NCBI GenBank assembly: GCA_963932585.1
Contig: CAWVSO010000002.1
Location: forward strand, 1-33,546
Length of the DNA stretch: 33,546 bases
DNA from: an uncultured euryarchaeote
GTDB lineage: Archaea > Halobacteriota > Halobacteria > Halobacteriales > Hikarchaeaceae
Reading direction: 5' to 3'
In this document: one piece after another, positions 10,062 through 18,842 of the stretch
Layout: the number at the start of each line of letters is the position of its first letter
Numbering within the stretch: position 1 is the first letter of the stretch
The notes under the pieces: generated by a model
Seen by the model: only the letters and a program-made list of their open reading frames with translations
What the model was told of the DNA's origin: nothing
Databases searched by the model: none
Translations under genes and position numbers: made by a program

Positions 10062-11264
10062 CTACTCTTTATTTTTAATTTTTACCTTTTTCTGCGCAGT
10101 GGGGTATATTTCAAACACTATCTCTCTACCATCTCTTATGATTTTAGCTTCTGATATTTCTACAGGTGCTATTATCCATTTACCGCCTCTGTTTATGTTT
10201 ACTACCCTATCTTCACCAATTCTAAACTCTGCGGGCACCGTTTTCTGGGTAATTTCATCATAAACTATCACTTTCATGGGGCCTCCTTCAAATCCACGTT
10301 CAACAATAATTGATGTATCTCCCCCATCAACTTCCATAATTAATCCCGGTGTCAAAGCTCCCAATTTTCTTTCCTGAATCTCATAAAAAACATTTTGTGT
10401 CTCGCCATCTAAATATGATGTCAGTGATCCACTTTTAAATCCAATCTCTATTCTATAACCTCTTCCTTCTCCCATAATCCCTGTCTGTTGACTCATTCGG
10501 GGATCATAAGCAGTTGGGTATAATTCAGCTGTCCTCTCGCTGGCTTCATCCAAACTTATGCCGCCTACTCCCAAAACTGACTGTTGATCTCCCCTATATG
10601 CCTCACGTATATATTGGGTCCCTTTGATAATGGATAACGATAACCCATTAGAAGAAGAGTTCACGCATATTTCTTCGCTCTTACTCTCTCCGGAAGCCAT
10701 CGATATCATATGTGTCCTAATTGGACCTGTTAGCGGAATTAATCCCTCTTCAATCGATCTAATCTTGCCGCTCAATCCTATCTGTGAAATGCCATCTGTT
10801 TCATTTTCTACATGGTCAAGTGCACTCTTTAAAACATCCGATTTGGTGCTTATCAATATTAATTCTCTATATAATTGATCTGTCCCAATCAACCCATCAT
10901 TCCACTTTAGCCTAACTTGTTTAAACTCATCAATTAGATCTATCGATTCGATTTCTATCTCCGTTACTCTCTGGAAAAGAACCTCTCTTTTACTTTCTCT
11001 ATCACTCGCTTCTATGACTCCATTAGAAATTTTGTATTGGTCGAAATCGCCTTCCATAATTTTTCTATTCAATTCGATAGAAACCATCAAATCTAGTTTC
11101 TGGACAACAAATTCAGATTTCTCAGAAGTTCCAATTCCCAAAATCCTAATATTTGCATCTGATAGCTCTTCATTGCTATCACTTTCCCCAGAAACTCCTC
11201 CTACCATAAACGAGGCTAATAATAGTACTATCAATCCTATATTTAACCCCTTATTCATCAACAT
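10062..11264 (-). CDS. Secreted protein of unknown function (signal peptide, no recognisable domain)
   Basis: 400 aa. N-terminal signal-like segment MLMNKGLNIGLIVLLLASFMVGGVSG. Helical N-half, beta-rich C-half, Lys-rich tail, no C-terminal anchor. Coding-like composition over the full length. Confidence 0.7.
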   Translation of the reverse strand: MLMNKGLNIGLIVLLLASFMVGGVSGESDSNEELSDANIRILGIGTSEKSEFVVQKLDLMVSIELNRKIMEGDFDQYKISNGVIEASDRESKREVLFQRVTEIEIESIDLIDEFKQVRLKWNDGLIGTDQLYRELILISTKSDVLKSALDHVENETDGISQIGLSGKIRSIEEGLIPLTGPIRTHMISMASGESKSEEICVNSSSNGLSLSIIKGTQYIREAYRGDQQSVLGVGGISLDEASERTAELYPTAYDPRMSQQTGIMGEGRGYRIEIGFKSGSLTSYLDGETQNVFYEIQERKLGALTPGLIMEVDGGDTSIIVERGFEGGPMKVIVYDEITQKTVPAEFRIGEDRVVNINRGGKWIIAPVEISEAKIIRDGREIVFEIYPTAQKKVKIKNKE

Positions 11265-11351
11265 TCATATGTTTCCAACAACCAAAAACGGTCCTATATA
11301 GCCCAATAATCTCTTAGCAACATTTTTTCTCATTTAAACCAATAGCCCATT

Positions 11352-12401
11352 ATGAATATATCAATAATAAGATGGTTTTCAATATTAATCATTTTATTAT
11401 CGGTCTTTTGTGTGGGTTCAATGGGCCAGGAAATCTCCCCCTCTGATATTCTCGATACAACCATCAAAATAACACTTGAACCATCAGGAGATGCTTTGTG
11501 GACTGTAGACTTGAATATTTCTTTGAATTCCGACCGTGATAGAGTTGCATTCGAGCAACTCTCCACGGATCTAAAATATAACAACGATCCTCCTATTCCT
11601 ATAACTCCATTTAGTAATGCTGCAGCCATATCAACTACCAATACAGGGAGAATCATGGAACTCATAGAAGTATCTCATCATTTTTCAATTTCAGATGATT
11701 ATGGTTCATTCACAACATCTTTTATCTGGACAAATTTCACCCATTTTCAAGATTCTCAAATGGAACTTGGAGATGTATTTTATATTAGTTCTGATGATAC
11801 ATGGTTACCCGTTTTACTAGAGAATCAGGAACTCATAATAGAATTCCCTCCCAACTACGTAGCCCAAAGCTCTTCGCATGGTGTATCAAACGGAACTCTT
11901 CATGTAATGGGGCCTGCCATCTTGCTCCCTGGAGAACCATCTGCGATTCTAATAGAACTGCCTCAAGTTACAATTCCTACTGATAAATCATCTAACATTT
12001 CAGATGCCCTTCTTCCAATCGTTGGCTCATTGTTATTAATATCCTTAATCATCGTGTTTATATCCATGAAAAAATTCAACTGGTCTCCATTAAATGATTT
12101 AATAATGCTTTCTCCCTATGTATCTAGTCATCCATTAGTCCACAAATATTTCTTTAAAATACCTGTCATATCTAACAAAACTGAAAAAATAAACCTCTCT
12201 CCTTTAATATCAGATGAAGAAGTTGTTCTAAACATAATCAAGCAACGCGGAGGTAGGATAAAACAAGTTGAGATAGTAGAAAAAACAGATTGGTCCAACG
12301 CAAAAGTGTCCCAGGTACTATCTCATCTAGAACAAAAAGGATTCGTGGACAAACTTAGGATAGGCCGAGAAAATCTAATCTCTCTTAGGCCTCCCAAATA
12401 A
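11352..12401 (+). CDS. Bitopic membrane protein with an extracytoplasmic domain and a C-terminal cytoplasmic winged-helix DNA-binding domain
   Basis: 349 aa. N-terminal signal/anchor (WFSILIILLSVFCVGS), an extracytoplasmic domain of about 190 aa, TM LLPIVGSLLLISLIIVFISM followed by KK, then SDEEVVLNIIKQRGGRIKQVEIVEKTDWSNAKVSQVLSHLEQKGFVDKLRIGRENLISL (MarR/TrmB-like wHTH pattern). Confidence 0.7.
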   Translation: MNISIIRWFSILIILLSVFCVGSMGQEISPSDILDTTIKITLEPSGDALWTVDLNISLNSDRDRVAFEQLSTDLKYNNDPPIPITPFSNAAAISTTNTGRIMELIEVSHHFSISDDYGSFTTSFIWTNFTHFQDSQMELGDVFYISSDDTWLPVLLENQELIIEFPPNYVAQSSSHGVSNGTLHVMGPAILLPGEPSAILIELPQVTIPTDKSSNISDALLPIVGSLLLISLIIVFISMKKFNWSPLNDLIMLSPYVSSHPLVHKYFFKIPVISNKTEKINLSPLISDEEVVLNIIKQRGGRIKQVEIVEKTDWSNAKVSQVLSHLEQKGFVDKLRIGRENLISLRPPK

Positions 12402-12455
12402 TTAAACCGTTAATATCAAAACCACCAATAACAAATAATCGACCAATCAAACCTT

Positions 12456-13244
12456 ATGAAATTACTTGTCGCAATAACTGAAGTTGCAACCCCCGAAGAC
12501 GCTATAGATATATCTGATAATTCACTAAATGAAACTGATTTTACATATGGTCTAAACGAATGGGATGAATATGCAATAGAGGCAGCAATTCAAGTTGCAG
12601 AATCTGTGCCCGGTTCAGAAGTAGTTTCTGTAACTATAGCTCCAAAATCCGCCGAAAAAACCATAAGAATGGCATTGGCAAAAGGAGTCGATCGCTCCAT
12701 ACGAATATGGGATTCAGAATTAGAAAAACTTCCATTTCTTGATCCTCAATTAAAGTCTCAGATATTGTCCAAAATAGTGCCACAAATATCTCCAGATATA
12801 ATCTTCACCGGTGTTCAATCTAGCAGTGATAGTTGGGGATCAACTGGTGTATCTTTGGCGGCAAAAATTGGATTTAATTGGGCCACGTTAGTAACCGAGT
12901 TAGAAATATCTGGAAACAAGGCAAATGTAAGAAGAGAACTCGAAAATGGCGTAGATGAACTTGCAGAAGTAACTCTCCCAGCCGTTCTAACCATTCAGAC
13001 TGGAATAAATTCACCCAGATACGCTAGTTTACGTGGAATCAAACAAGCCCAACAAAAAGAACTAGAAGTCCTTTCGTTATCTGATTTATCTACAGACATG
13101 GACGAATTCAAACCACGTATTGATTTAATCGAATTTTCTTTACCTATCTCAAACAACAGCATCCAATACTTTGAAGGTACTCCCTCTGAACAAGCTGCAC
13201 AAATAGCTGATATAATCAAAGGCTTAGGATTCGGGGATAAATAA
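12456..13244 (+). CDS. etfB: Electron transfer flavoprotein beta subunit
   Basis: 262 aa. MKLLVAITEV..., LNEWDEYAIEAAIQ, IIFTGVQSSSDSWGSTG and PRYASLRGIKQA are typical EtfB blocks. TAATG 1-nt overlap with etfA. Confidence 0.9.
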   Translation: MKLLVAITEVATPEDAIDISDNSLNETDFTYGLNEWDEYAIEAAIQVAESVPGSEVVSVTIAPKSAEKTIRMALAKGVDRSIRIWDSELEKLPFLDPQLKSQILSKIVPQISPDIIFTGVQSSSDSWGSTGVSLAAKIGFNWATLVTELEISGNKANVRRELENGVDELAEVTLPAVLTIQTGINSPRYASLRGIKQAQQKELEVLSLSDLSTDMDEFKPRIDLIEFSLPISNNSIQYFEGTPSEQAAQIADIIKGLGFGDK

Positions 13245-14194
13245 TGCCAAATATATTAATTATAATCGAACACCAAAATGGAACCTTAAATCCAGATTCT
13301 TTTGGCTTATTAAATGCAGGAATTCAACTTGCAACCCCCATTGGAGCAGACATTCATGTTTCTATCATCGGACAAAATTTAGATGCTTTATCTCAAGAAG
13401 TAAGTATCAAAGGGGTTCATACAATCCACACAACCTCTGCAGATCAGCCATATAATCATGATCTTTATATACCAATAATAACATCCCTTCACGCCAAAAT
13501 AAATCCCATTTTCACCCTTTCTCTACATACCTCGACTGGCACCGATTATGCACCTGCTCTCTCCTCTCTTCTCGACATACCACTCTTGCCCGGCATAACC
13601 CGATTCGATTACACTGAACAAATTGAAGCGGTTTGCGAAATGTATTCTTCTAAATTATGTGTCAAAATCTCTTCAACTTCGCCAGCGATACTCACAATTC
13701 GTCCAGGTGCATGGTCTAATGATCACATCCCTGGGGATGCTATTATAAACCCATTCATCCACGTAATAGATGAAAAATCCTTTAATTTCAAAGTCAAAAG
13801 TCATGAAGAATCTCCACCCGGAGAAATCGACATATCGGAAGCAGATTTACTTCTAAGCGTTGGACGCGGAATAGGGGAAGAATCCAATTTAGAATTAATA
13901 TTCTCAACAGCAGAATCTATTGGGGCAACAGTTTCTTCATCTAGACCAATAGTTGACTATGGCTGGCTTCCAAAAGACCGCCAAGTTGGACAATCTGGAA
14001 AAAAAGTTTCACCGTCTATCTATATAGCAGTTGGAATTTCAGGCGCAGTTCAACATCTCGCAGGAATAAAGGATCCTCAGGTTATAATTTCTATAAATAA
14101 AGACCCACTTGCCCCCATATTCGACATATCTCACTATGGTGTCGTCGGAGACCTGTTCGAAATTCTACCCGCTTTAATTAAAGAATTTTCTTAA
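13244..14194 (+). CDS. etfA: Electron transfer flavoprotein alpha subunit
   Basis: 316 aa. C-terminal FAD-binding signature SPSIYIAVGISGAVQHLAGIKD and GVVGDLFEILPAL. Translationally coupled to etfB. Confidence 0.9.
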   Translation: MPNILIIIEHQNGTLNPDSFGLLNAGIQLATPIGADIHVSIIGQNLDALSQEVSIKGVHTIHTTSADQPYNHDLYIPIITSLHAKINPIFTLSLHTSTGTDYAPALSSLLDIPLLPGITRFDYTEQIEAVCEMYSSKLCVKISSTSPAILTIRPGAWSNDHIPGDAIINPFIHVIDEKSFNFKVKSHEESPPGEIDISEADLLLSVGRGIGEESNLELIFSTAESIGATVSSSRPIVDYGWLPKDRQVGQSGKKVSPSIYIAVGISGAVQHLAGIKDPQVIISINKDPLAPIFDISHYGVVGDLFEILPALIKEFS

Positions 14195-14260
14195 ACCATA
14201 ATCTCTCTTTTTTAGCACACCTATCACTATCTATTTATTTATTGTTATCCACTTTCAACT

Positions 14261-15103
14261 GTGCACTATCTAGATGCTCATAGGTCAACACTTGAAAAGC
14301 GCTTATCTGAGGTAGTCAATGAGATAAATTTACCACCCTTGCGTAAATCAGTGCAACACTCTGCACTTTCAAACGGCAAACGTTTCCGTCCCTTATTGAC
14401 ATTACTTTCATGCGAATCTGTTGGCGGTGATCCTAAAAAAGCAATCAATTTTGCAGTTGGAATTGAATTGATCCATACGGCATCTCTCATCATAGACGAC
14501 ATCATAGACTCATCTGCTATACGAAGAAACAATACAAGTTCTTGGGTAGAATTTGGCCACAGTGATGCAGTTATTTCATCAGACAGTCTAATAGGGGAAG
14601 CATTCACTCTATTCTCTAGCAATCCATTAGCGCTAGAATGTGTTTCAAAAGCAATGGAAGACCTCGGCAGTGGAGAAGCAATGGAGCTAGTATCTCAACC
14701 ACAAAACGAAGCTCAATATCTAGACCTAGCTCGAAGAAAAACAGGATCTCTATTCCGTGCCGCGGCAGAATTAGGCGGTATAGCCGCCAAATCAGACCCT
14801 TCTACTATCGACTTATTAGGTCGATATGCAGAATCTTTGGGGATGGCATTTCAGATCAGAGACGACGTACTAGATGTGACTTCTAATACGTTGACTTTGG
14901 GAAAACCAATTGGACAAGATGAAAATCTCAACCGCCCATCGTTACTCCAAGTGGCAGGAATATCTCCCTTGGAGGCCAATTCTAGGGCCCATCTTCAAGC
15001 CAATAAAGCTCTGCAAATTCTGGGCGAAATAGAAACGACAAATGGCGTTTCACTTGATTATCTTTCAGAATTAGTAAACTTCGCTATAAGTAGATCTTAT
15101 TGA
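14261..15103 (+). CDS. trans-Polyprenyl diphosphate synthase (chain length uncertain; GGPP synthase or longer)
   Basis: 280 aa. First Asp-rich motif LIIDDIIDSS, second FQIRDDVLDV, GKRFRP and KTGSLF. GTG start; there is no in-frame ATG for about 130 codons. Confidence 0.85.
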   Translation: MHYLDAHRSTLEKRLSEVVNEINLPPLRKSVQHSALSNGKRFRPLLTLLSCESVGGDPKKAINFAVGIELIHTASLIIDDIIDSSAIRRNNTSSWVEFGHSDAVISSDSLIGEAFTLFSSNPLALECVSKAMEDLGSGEAMELVSQPQNEAQYLDLARRKTGSLFRAAAELGGIAAKSDPSTIDLLGRYAESLGMAFQIRDDVLDVTSNTLTLGKPIGQDENLNRPSLLQVAGISPLEANSRAHLQANKALQILGEIETTNGVSLDYLSELVNFAISRSY

Positions 15104-16179
15104 TTTTTTAATCTTTTATCTAATACATTCAATAATAGTGTACTTAAAAACCCAAGAATGGTGCTTAAAAATATGACCATGGCTAAAAATTCCAAGTCTA
15201 GTGTTCCTATTATATATCCACTAACTGCATACAAAACACTTGAAATAGAAATGACATAAATCGGGGCGTTTAGATAATTTAGTTTCAATTTTTCATTCAC
15301 ATACTTATCTGTTATATGCCCCACGCTAGATACAATTCCAGCAGCTCCAAACCACTTTATTCCCCCGAAAGCAAAAATCGCGATGGATTTCATTATCCCT
15401 CTATCGCCCATTGAATTTCCACCTACCATTTCTAAACCCTCAAATGAATTTAATCCTTCAAGAAATCCTATCAATATTATGATGGCTGCAACAGAATAAG
15501 AAACTAAATTGATTTTCCCTGTATACAAATCTCGTTTGATTTTATCTATTTTTTGCTTGACAGAATCTCTTATTCCTAGTCCTCTAAATAACACATAAAC
15601 CCCTATGATGGCTGTAATAACTCCCAACATAGAACTGCCTCTATCAATATTTTCAAAAATAACTGAAAGCGGGTAGATCAAAACTAGTATTCCAATTGGA
15701 ACCAACAAAGTTCCTCTTGTATCTGGGTCACTTATAAACTGTTTTACAGTATAGTACGTTGATTCTAAAACCTGGGCCTGATGAACGACTACTCTTTCAA
15801 CACTTTCTATTTCGACTCTAGTTCTAATTATTGGAAGGATACTTTCATCTTGTGCCCCATCTGTTACAATTATTGTTCTAATTTCCTCTCCTGAGAACAT
15901 CCTATTCAAGACTTTATCAGTCTCAGATCCAATTTTTCTCCCTGCAACAACATCATTTTTTGCGCTCCCCGTAATAACTGCTATTTCAACTGGATTTAAT
16001 AGATTCTCTCCATACAATTGTAAACCTCGAAACATAACATTACCATCCGAATCACTAGGGTCTGCTATTGCTAGAGCCAATGCTGCCTTCTCAACAGCTT
16101 CTCTCCCCATAACTGGAGTTTCTATACCTGTTTTTCTACCTAGATCGTCATCCAAATCCACGCATAGAATTAACAACAT
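15097..16179 (-). CDS. DUF373-family archaeal integral membrane protein
   Basis: N-terminal soluble domain LLILCVDLDDDLGRKTG...DPSDSDGN, which I recognise as DUF373-like, followed by about 6 TM helices. The track start is TTG at 16197. ATG at 16179 (MLLILCVD) is more likely. Confidence 0.7.
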   Translation of the reverse strand: MLLILCVDLDDDLGRKTGIETPVMGREAVEKAALALAIADPSDSDGNVMFRGLQLYGENLLNPVEIAVITGSAKNDVVAGRKIGSETDKVLNRMFSGEEIRTIIVTDGAQDESILPIIRTRVEIESVERVVVHQAQVLESTYYTVKQFISDPDTRGTLLVPIGILVLIYPLSVIFENIDRGSSMLGVITAIIGVYVLFRGLGIRDSVKQKIDKIKRDLYTGKINLVSYSVAAIIILIGFLEGLNSFEGLEMVGGNSMGDRGIMKSIAIFAFGGIKWFGAAGIVSSVGHITDKYVNEKLKLNYLNAPIYVISISSVLYAVSGYIIGTLDLEFLAMVIFLSTILGFLSTLLLNVLDKRLKNQ

Positions 16180-16336
16180 CTTGTGGTATTTGACCAAGAG
16201 AGTTTAAACGTCTTTTCCCCTTCATTTCCAAAAGTCACTCTAAGGACTGTGTTTTGAATTTTTTGACAATAGAATTGGTTATCAAACTATTTTTACAACG
16301 GAAACGTTTAGGCACCAGAATAACTAAACTTAGCAT

Positions 16337-16774
16337 ATGCCGAATTGCCCCCTTGAAGGGGAGTGTCCAAGTTTTTCTGAGCGTTTCCAAGGCCTAGGAT
16401 GTCAATTTTATGCCAATCGTAGTGGAATGGAATGGTGTAATCATTATAGCCTTCCTATCCGGGAGTTAAAACAACAACCTGTAAAAATAGGAGAAGAAAT
16501 AGCTGTCACTGTCACTGATATTCATGAAAGTGGGGCTGGAGTTGGACATACAGATGATGGATTTGTTATTTTCGTTGATGGAGTTCTACCTGAAGCAAGA
16601 TCTCTTGTTAGGATTACAAGCGTAAAAGCCAATCATGCCCGTGCAGACGAAATCGAACGTCTAGAGCTTATAGATGAAGAGGAGCCAATTCAACCTGAAG
16701 AAACCTATGAACGAAAGCCAAAAAAACCCTCACGTCCTAATCTTGGTAGTAGGGAAGATTTCTGGGGATCTTAA
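16337..16774 (+). CDS. TRAM-domain protein with an N-terminal four-Cys module
   Basis: 145 aa. Cys at residues 4, 10, 22 and 34 (CPLEGECPSFSERFQGLGCQFY...EWCNHY), then a TRAM-like OB segment VKIGEEIAVTVTDIHESGAGVGHTDDGFVIFVDGVLPEARSLVRITSVKANHARA and a charged tail. Confidence 0.75.
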   Translation: MPNCPLEGECPSFSERFQGLGCQFYANRSGMEWCNHYSLPIRELKQQPVKIGEEIAVTVTDIHESGAGVGHTDDGFVIFVDGVLPEARSLVRITSVKANHARADEIERLELIDEEEPIQPEETYERKPKKPSRPNLGSREDFWGS

Positions 16775-16874
16775 ATTTTAATTTTCACTTTCACCCTGCT
16801 TGGAAAGTATTATTAAGTACGCAAACAAAAATCAAGGCATCTCCTATGTCTAAAAATGCGGAGATGGTGAAATA

Positions 16875-17801
16875 ATGATTGATTTACGCAAACAAGCTGA
16901 AGAATTGCATAATAACAATTCTGATAAAATTCAGATCGGTATAGATGAAATAGAAGCTCAACTAAAGACCATGGTACAAGGATACAGTGTACCATTGGAC
17001 GAGGCCATACGGAGTATTCTAAATAGAAACACTCCCTCGTCCACAACATCTACAAATAACACCCGTGGGGCCAATTCTAAAATAAAAATTCAAGATATAA
17101 ATTCTCCCGGTCAATGGGTCGATATTCAAGTAAAATTAGTTGATTTATGGGTTCCCAATATAGAATCTATAGATCAAGTAGGTTTAGTTGGGGATGAAAC
17201 CGGGACCATCAAATTTACCAAATGGGCGAAATCTAATCTGCCCAAATTAGAAGAAGGAAAAACCTATTTGTTAAAAAACGTTGTAACCGATGAATGGGGG
17301 GGTCGATTTTCAATAAAACTTAATCGAACCACTATAATCGAAACATTAGACCAAGACATAGAAATTGGAGATGGGTCTACTTCAATAGAAGGTGCACTCG
17401 TAGATATACAATCTGGCAGTGGATTAATAAAACGATGTACTATTGAAACCTGCACCCGAGTCCTTCAGAATGGTTTCTGCGCTGAACATGGGGAGGTGCC
17501 AGGAAAATCCGATTTACGCCTCAAAGCAGTCATCGATGATGGGGTCAATGTCCACGAAGTTATATTAAATTCAACGATAACTGAATCTCTTACTGGGATA
17601 GGTCTAGCCGAAGCAGAATCGATGGCAATAGAAGCTGTTGACACTAGTGTAGTCCTCACAAAAATGCGTGGTAGTCTTCTTGGAAAATACTATCTGATTC
17701 ATGGATCTAAATTTAGCAGATATCTAATTGCTAGCGAGGCCCAAGTATTATCTGATCCTGTAGATATGGAAGCAATTATGATACAAGCGAGGTCATTCTA
17801 A
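16875..17801 (+). CDS. rpa: Replication protein A (single-stranded DNA-binding protein, OB fold plus zinc finger)
   Basis: 308 aa. OB-fold block WVDIQVKLVDLW...GDETGTIKFTKW...GKTYLLKNVVTDEWGGRFSIKLN and zinc finger C-x4-C-x9-C-x2-H (RCTIETCTRVLQNGFCAEHG). Confidence 0.85.
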   Translation: MIDLRKQAEELHNNNSDKIQIGIDEIEAQLKTMVQGYSVPLDEAIRSILNRNTPSSTTSTNNTRGANSKIKIQDINSPGQWVDIQVKLVDLWVPNIESIDQVGLVGDETGTIKFTKWAKSNLPKLEEGKTYLLKNVVTDEWGGRFSIKLNRTTIIETLDQDIEIGDGSTSIEGALVDIQSGSGLIKRCTIETCTRVLQNGFCAEHGEVPGKSDLRLKAVIDDGVNVHEVILNSTITESLTGIGLAEAESMAIEAVDTSVVLTKMRGSLLGKYYLIHGSKFSRYLIASEAQVLSDPVDMEAIMIQARSF

Positions 17802-18376
17802 TGAGCATCTCAATTTCTAGAGAAGTGGCACATCGCATTTTCGCGAGCGAATTCAATACCGCAACACACACTTTCAAGGAGTCAAACGATGAACGTGCTC
17901 CCAATTATCTTCTACTTCCAACTGGGGAACGAGCAAATAGGGTATTTATTGTAGGGACATTGACCCAGCTTGATAATATTGGAAACGAATCAGAATGGTG
18001 GCATGGCCGCATATCAGATCCAACTGGAATCTTTCATATCTTTTCTGGACAATACCAACCAGATTCTACTAGCTCGCTACGTAAGCTAGAACCTCCTGCA
18101 TATGTCGCTGTTACAGGAAAACCAAAAACTTATTCCAAAGATGAGGATGGTACTATAACTGTTTCAATTAGGCCAGAATCTATAACAAAAGTTGATCTTG
18201 CAACTAGAAATCGCTGGGTCGCAGAAACCGCACTACTTACTTTAGAACGTATATCTTCATTCAAAGAATCTCCTAGTATCTATGCAGAACAAGCACGCCT
18301 ACACTACGGGGATGACTTAAATGCACACAAAGAAGCAGCTCTACTGGCAATAGAAAGTTCTATAGACTCATTGTAA
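17801..18376 (+). CDS. RPA-associated protein (COG3390-type OB-fold partner of RPA)
   Basis: 191 aa. REVAHRIFASEFNTATHTFKESNDERAPNYLLLPTGERANRVFIVGTL and PPAYVAVTGKPKTY match my memory of the haloarchaeal RPAP family. TAATG overlap with the rpa gene. Confidence 0.7.
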   Translation: MSISISREVAHRIFASEFNTATHTFKESNDERAPNYLLLPTGERANRVFIVGTLTQLDNIGNESEWWHGRISDPTGIFHIFSGQYQPDSTSSLRKLEPPAYVAVTGKPKTYSKDEDGTITVSIRPESITKVDLATRNRWVAETALLTLERISSFKESPSIYAEQARLHYGDDLNAHKEAALLAIESSIDSL

Positions 18377-18441
18377 TGTTTTATATCATCAATCGAAGTC
18401 TGACGAACGATTAAATAGTAGGGACTCTAGAATCAATTCCT

Positions 18442-18837
18442 ATGAAAGAAACAAATAAGAACAAGACAATTTCTTTTCGCGTAAACGAGCCAACTTTCGA
18501 GGCTCTGCAGGAAATAGCAAAAGAAAATGGAATGGCACTTTCTACTGTTTTCCGAAATTATGTTCGAATGTTCGTCGAGCGTAGAGGGCAGGTCAGAGTC
18601 GTAGCAGAAGACCCTCTGACTGATTCTGATGCTGGATTCCCTCCTCGAGTAGAAGTACCTACAAGCTTCTTAAGGGATCACGAACGATTGGAATTGGAGA
18701 CAGAACATCTAAGAGAACAACTCGCTGAATATAAAAGATACATAACATCTATTCGCGAGCGAGAATCTGAATCTGAAGTCATTTTTCTCGAAGATCTGGA
18801 TGCTGAAAACGATCTCATCGATTCCTGGAAATTATAA
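18442..18837 (+). CDS. Ribbon-helix-helix (CopG/Arc-like) domain protein with an acidic coiled-coil tail
   Basis: 131 aa. KTISFRVNEPTFEALQEIAKENGMALSTVFRNYVRMFVE fits the beta-strand/helix/helix RHH pattern. C-terminal HERLELETEHLREQLAEYKRY is coiled-coil-like. Confidence 0.65.
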   Translation: MKETNKNKTISFRVNEPTFEALQEIAKENGMALSTVFRNYVRMFVERRGQVRVVAEDPLTDSDAGFPPRVEVPTSFLRDHERLELETEHLREQLAEYKRYITSIRERESESEVIFLEDLDAENDLIDSWKL

Positions 18838-18842
18838 AAAAA

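Noticed and set aside
11330-11665. 111-aa ORF on the minus strand spanning the divergent spacer
   Set aside because: It overlaps the 5' end of the 349-aa plus-strand gene, which has coherent signal-peptide, TM and wHTH architecture. The minus-strand product has none and would remove the promoter spacer.
16204-16312. 7-nt inverted repeat (taaacgt ... acgttta) in the spacer upstream of the TRAM gene
   Set aside because: The arms are only 7 nt, lie about 90 nt apart and sit in AT-rich DNA, so this is expected by chance. No supporting structure.
18442-18837. RHH protein as the antitoxin of a type II toxin-antitoxin module
   Set aside because: There is no co-directional small toxin gene. The only close neighbour is convergent, and at 131 aa with a coiled-coil tail the protein is atypical for an antitoxin.
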